Source: Lytechinus variegatus | Taxonomy: Eukaryota | NCBI RefSeq assembly: GCF_018143015.1 | Contig: NC_054742.1 | Location: 73,449,736 to 73,513,735 of the forward strand | Reading direction: 5' to 3' | DNA: 64,000 nt | In this document: positions 59,375 through 64,000 of the stretch, in pieces | Layout of the letters: the number at the start of each line of letters is the position of its first letter | Numbering within the stretch: position 1 is the stretch's first letter | Notes under the pieces: generated by a model | What the model was told of the DNA's origin: nothing | Database searches by the model: none | The model's input: the letters and a program-made list of their open reading frames with translations, nothing else | Translations under genes and position numbers: made by a program

Positions 59375-60310
59375 GTCAGACTGCAGGTCCCCAAAAAGTG
59401 GCTTCTTTCATCCAAGTGATATTCATGACTTGAGATGTTTTGCATATTTAATGAGCTTGATGCGGACCAAAACACCTCTTTTCATTCGGTCATTGCTGCT
59501 CTCATTGTGCATCGAATTTCATGAATTTGGCATCATTGTAAAGACAAAGAATCATTCTTTCATGTCATGTGTTTGGATTTATTCAAAGATTTTGTAATAT
59601 AGGTTAAAAGTTTGATCTAAAATATGCTAAAAAATAAATATTTTCACCTGACAAAAGCTGCTATTTTCACACTTTATTTCTGTTTGAGCCCAAATGATTT
59701 TTATATCATGATAAAGCTGAATATGTATGCTTTGAAATGATATAGGTTTCAAAATAAGAATTGGTTTAATCGGGTCAAGATCACACTTTTCATTTGCCAA
59801 GTACATATAGCAGTTTGAAAGCAAGAATACTGCACTCTGATTGGTCAAAGAGACCACACAATGGCAAATTCCAACGGTCCCAGTGCCTGGGTTCGTGGGA
59901 AGGTCACACTTCCCATGTGGTAATCTCCTCAAATACCCCGCGCCTGTTTTTCTGTGAACCTTATCCAGCCAATCAGAACTCTGGATTTCATGCAAGTACA
60001 AAATTTCAGAAATCTCGTCTTGTACCTTGGTGGGAAAAGTGTGATCTTGACCCGATTAAAAGGTGCCGTATATCAAGAGTGGCATTGTGAGAAAGTACAG
60101 AAGTTCAGCTTTATGGTGATATAGATATCATTGAGGCTCAAAATAAAAAGTTTTGCACAATTTGCAAAAGAAAACAGAGGAAGAAAATTCAGGTTTGAGG
60201 CACATTTTCAGGCCAGATATTTACTTATTTAACAAAATATTGTATACAAAATAAATGACCAATATGAAAGAGTAACTTTTACTCTATCTGATGGTGCAAT
60301 AATATTTCAT
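59375..60310 (+). repeat. Dispersed repeat (copy 2 of the 35130 family), carrying a ~430-bp internal insertion
   Basis: The ends align with 35130-35700. The extra segment at ~59520-59950 is absent from copy 1 and contains its own 24-bp inverted repeat (aatcgggtcaagatcacacttttc versus gaaaagtgtgatcttgacccgatt). Confidence 0.6.
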
Positions 60311-62839
60311 TTAACTTGAGGTTAAAACAGGTAAATTCTTAGTGAAAGAAAATCTCACGAATCACGAGATTTTGCAAGGAGGAGGATTCAGCCACGAGAT
60401 GATTTGGATGAATCTGGCCTTTTTGCTCATTAGCATAGGGACCTGCGGTCTGACTGATTAACTGACTGGCAAAGCTTACTGCTTCAAACCACTAGCATGA
60501 TGAACTAAGTAACTTGATAATGACCTCATGTTAACAGCACGATGCATGTGCTCCTCACCAGAAAATTACACAAAAACATGCAAGTCAGGTACAAGTGTAC
60601 AGAAAATTCAAATTTGGCAATGAGCTGCCAATTTGGCAATTGGCAGCAATATCTTTTTATTAAAAAAAATAACAGGAAAGCAGTTTAACCTGTGCCAAAC
60701 TACAAAAATGAGATAAAAATGAGGTCGTGTAAGATCCGATTTTGCAGCTCTTGACAGTAAACATGATAATTTGTGCGCTCATGTAAACATTCTGAAAAGT
60801 AGGAGTAATGCGAACAAACCCATGAATCTCAGGAGGACAAACATGACACATTAGAAACCGTGGCCAAAGACATGAAGCAACACAACTGTTTCAAAGCTCT
60901 GTTACCCTTCCTGCTATTTCCCCCTCCTTGGTTGTTTTGACTGTAACAAGCAAGGACACATCCTGTGGTTTGATGGAGAAGGGGGGGGGGTAGCGGTATG
61001 GAGAAGGGCAATAACATGTCATAAACACTTGTGTCATGTGACCGATGAATGAACTTCTAATGCCAGAGCCAATGTGCTCTTCCTGTGCGTGACCGAGTTT
61101 TGTTTGCAATGTGGTACACACAAACATGAATCAGGAGCTGTTTACTCAGCATGTTATTAGTTCAGGCTAGGTCGAAGCACCTCTATCACCCCCCCCCCAT
61201 TCTCCGAGGTCTTGAACTTTTAACTTAATCTACTGGACTACTCCCCCGCCCCCAGTACGGGAACTCCCACACAACATCAAAAGTACATAGCTCTTGTAAG
61301 AAGATGATAGCTTGCCAAAATCATAATAGGTAGACTTGGATTTGAAATAATTTAATTTCCTGTTGCTTTCATTGGGTCGTATGTTGTTTTGTAGCAGCAA
61401 CCCAGAGGAAAGTATAATACTTTAAGAAGGTTGTTTTTGTAAAGAGAATTACAATGTTTCAGTGAGGTGGGGGGGAGTGTTCACAAAAAATATCTATATC
61501 TGACTTAAAAGACAAATGCCAGTTCGTACAGTGTCCAATAGAACTTAAGTGTCCGAATGTGCCCAAAGGATTCTGCAAGATTTGCGTAATTTGCTTAGAA
61601 ATAAGCAAGGAAAATAAAGCATGATATTCCAGCCATCTATCAGGTATTTTTCAAGCAACATCAATATGCTGTCCCACATGTGCCTATCTTTGCTGGCAAT
61701 CTTCAGTGTGATCATGTTTCAGCTTTGATTTCAGGATTTTACAGAATTCAGTCGATGTAAATTTAACAGATCTAGATCCACTATGACAAAGTGACAATTA
61801 ACCTTGGTCTCAGACTTTCTTGTGAAATCAGTGTTAAATGCAACAACTTTCAATAATCCTTAACTACATGTAGGCTTACTGTATATAAAAATTGACACAT
61901 GCGCATAACTGAACTTAATGCAATCAGGTATAGCCTACCAACCTGCAACTGAGAAAGCATGAACAATTACGACATACAGGCCCTCAAAACATTTTTTTTC
62001 CCTTAAAAAAATATTCCCAAACTCCCTGTGATTCACTCCCCCTGAAGATGATCATCTGTCAGATCAACAAGATTTTACGACAAGAAAGTTGACCTTCTGA
62101 AAAGGGGAAACTCCCTCACGTGTCTGGGGCAGGCATGACACATTGGACATCACATGACTCAGAAGACGTATCACGTGTGATCTGAAGCATGTGATCTCGC
62201 CAAGGAAATAAGCCCTTCATCATTGGGAATGTGTATTTCAACCATTGGATTTGAGTTGTGCCTTGATCAAAGTATATATCCTAAGTATATTGTGGCTTCC
62301 CTCCTATCTAAATATATGTATATTTGTACTTTTTTTTTTAATTGACCCTGTCTACATGTGCTGCAGGTCAATTTTTATGTGCATATATACAAATAAATAA
62401 AATAATAAAAATAAACTGAAATAAATCAAGACCAAAAAAAGAAACTTTGAAACTGGATAAACACAAGGTTTGGGTGGGGAATTTGAGGGGGTGCAAAACT
62501 GGCAATCAATCGATAGTCTTCTTCTTAGAACAGACAGTACATTTCTATAATTCAAAGTAATTCCAATTGCAAATTTGCAAGTGATATTTGCGACTGGGAA
62601 CTTATTGCCAACAAAACCCATGAATATACTGCTTAAAATTTGCTTTATAGAGTTGGATCATGGCCTTATAGAATACTGGCCACAGATATAATTGTTCTAT
62701 TATACATAAGTTGACAAGAATGTCATGCTTTTCTGGTAGAGTTTTATGATGACAACTGCTACAAGCTACTGAAATTCTAGCTTATCTGATTGGATGAGAA
62801 TAAATATAGTACATAAAAGTCACTGAATATTTTCTTTGA

Positions 62840-63560
62840 ATATCATTTCCCTGGTTCTCACTTCGTTTTTTGCCCTTCAACCTACATTTGGTCCTGTGGT
62901 CAGCGGATCTTTAATCAATTTTGGTCCTTGTTCTACCCCCTCCCCTATACCTCCCAACCCCCATTACAATTTATCTTACCCTTGTTTCTACATTTATCCC
63001 ATTACCGCTGTACTGATCAGGGTCGTCTTCAACCTTACCTTTGGTCCTCATGACAGCTGTTGTCTGTGGATCTTTGGTCAATCTTGGTCTTTGTTCACCC
63101 CCTCCCCAATCCTCATTACGATTCATGTTACCCTTGTCTCGGTATCTGTCTATTCTCGGGGTCGTCTTCAACCCTTTGTTTGGTCCTCATGACAGCTGTG
63201 GTCAGCGGATCATCAGTCAATCTTGGTTTTAGTACCATCCCCTCCCTGATCCTCATTGCAATTTATCTTACCCTTGTCTCTACATCAGTCCATTCTCGGG
63301 GTCGTCTTCAACCCTTCGTTTGGTCCTCATGACAGCTGTGGTCTTTGGTCAATAATGGTCTTAGTGCCACCCCCTCCCTGATCCTCAATACAATTCATCT
63401 TACCCTTGTCTCTACATCCGTCCATTCACCACTGTACTGCTCAGGGTCATCTTCCACCCTTCGTTTGGTCCTCGTGGTGGTCAGCGGATCTTCCGACTTC
63501 AACTTCTCAACATCAGTGAACTGTACTGCCCGTCCACCGCCTCTGGTTGGTATCACTTCA
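62840..63560. repeat. Satellite, ~155-bp unit x ~4.5
   Basis: Recurrent ..ttggtcctcatgacagctgt.gtc...ggtc.ttagt.ccaccccctccc.gatcctcatt.caatt.atcttacccttgtctctacat..gtccattc.cggggtcgtcttcaaccctt.gt... at 62880, 63040, 63190, 63340 and 63480. Confidence 0.8.
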
Positions 63561-64000
63561 GCCTAATAATAATAATAATAGTGTATATTTGTAGAGCGCA
63601 CACACCGTCAGTAGACGCTCATGGCGCTAGCCGAGCAACAGTTCTCTTTTACAATGTAAAAATTATATTTTATAGAAATTTATATAAATACTACACAAGA
63701 ACCATGAACAAGTACGATGTAAGAATAATAATAATAATTTCACATCTGGTTCATTCACCCCAACCCATCCATCAGCCCATCATCATGCGGAACCCAGTGC
63801 CCTCTAGCTGCCCCGTTCACTGACAATTTAAGGGCCTAAGGACCAAACATAAGATGCAACACATAAAAACACCCAAAACTATGACAGTTTCCTTCTCATT
63901 TACAATATCTGAGAATGAAATGTAAGAAAACATAAATTACTAACAGTAATTAAAAAGGTTTTATTGCTGAATATAAATTGCTTAAATACTTTGGTAGACT

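Overview
This window is an AT-rich (roughly 33-37% GC by eye), repeat-dense stretch of eukaryotic genomic DNA, most plausibly from a deuterostome marine invertebrate (echinoderm-like). It has no prokaryotic organisation: no operons, no CRISPR, and no rRNA motifs that I could find. The only convincing protein-coding region is an uninterrupted 1545-aa Gag-Pol ORF (nt 3-4655, + strand) that runs off the 5' edge of the window. It belongs to a Ty3/gypsy-class LTR retrotransposon but has the unusual Gmr1-like domain order Gag-PR-IN-RT-RH. The rest is a mosaic of repeats:
- tRNA-derived SINE copies on both strands;
- more than 20 MITE, foldback or long-TIR non-autonomous DNA elements from at least 10 families, three with visible TA target-site duplications and one nested inside a tRNA-like SINE head;
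- several satellites (about 430-480 bp x3, about 190 bp x3, about 155 bp x4.5, and smaller ones);
- frequent G/C homopolymer tracts.
The most unusual object is a ~6.9-kb composite element at 40440-47386. It is bounded by long inverted terminal modules whose tips form a hairpin containing the exact 11-mer of the U1 snRNA 5' end (ATACTTACCTG, whose reverse complement is the consensus 5' splice site). It carries a ~4.5-kb GC-rich (~55-65%) apparently non-coding cargo with a 3x ~290-bp tandem array, a ~200-bp palindrome and purine-rich minisatellites, and a minimal 301-bp cargo-free version of the same element sits directly abutting it. I found no host exon or bona fide RNA gene; the small ORFs elsewhere lie inside repeats or low-complexity sequence and look spurious.
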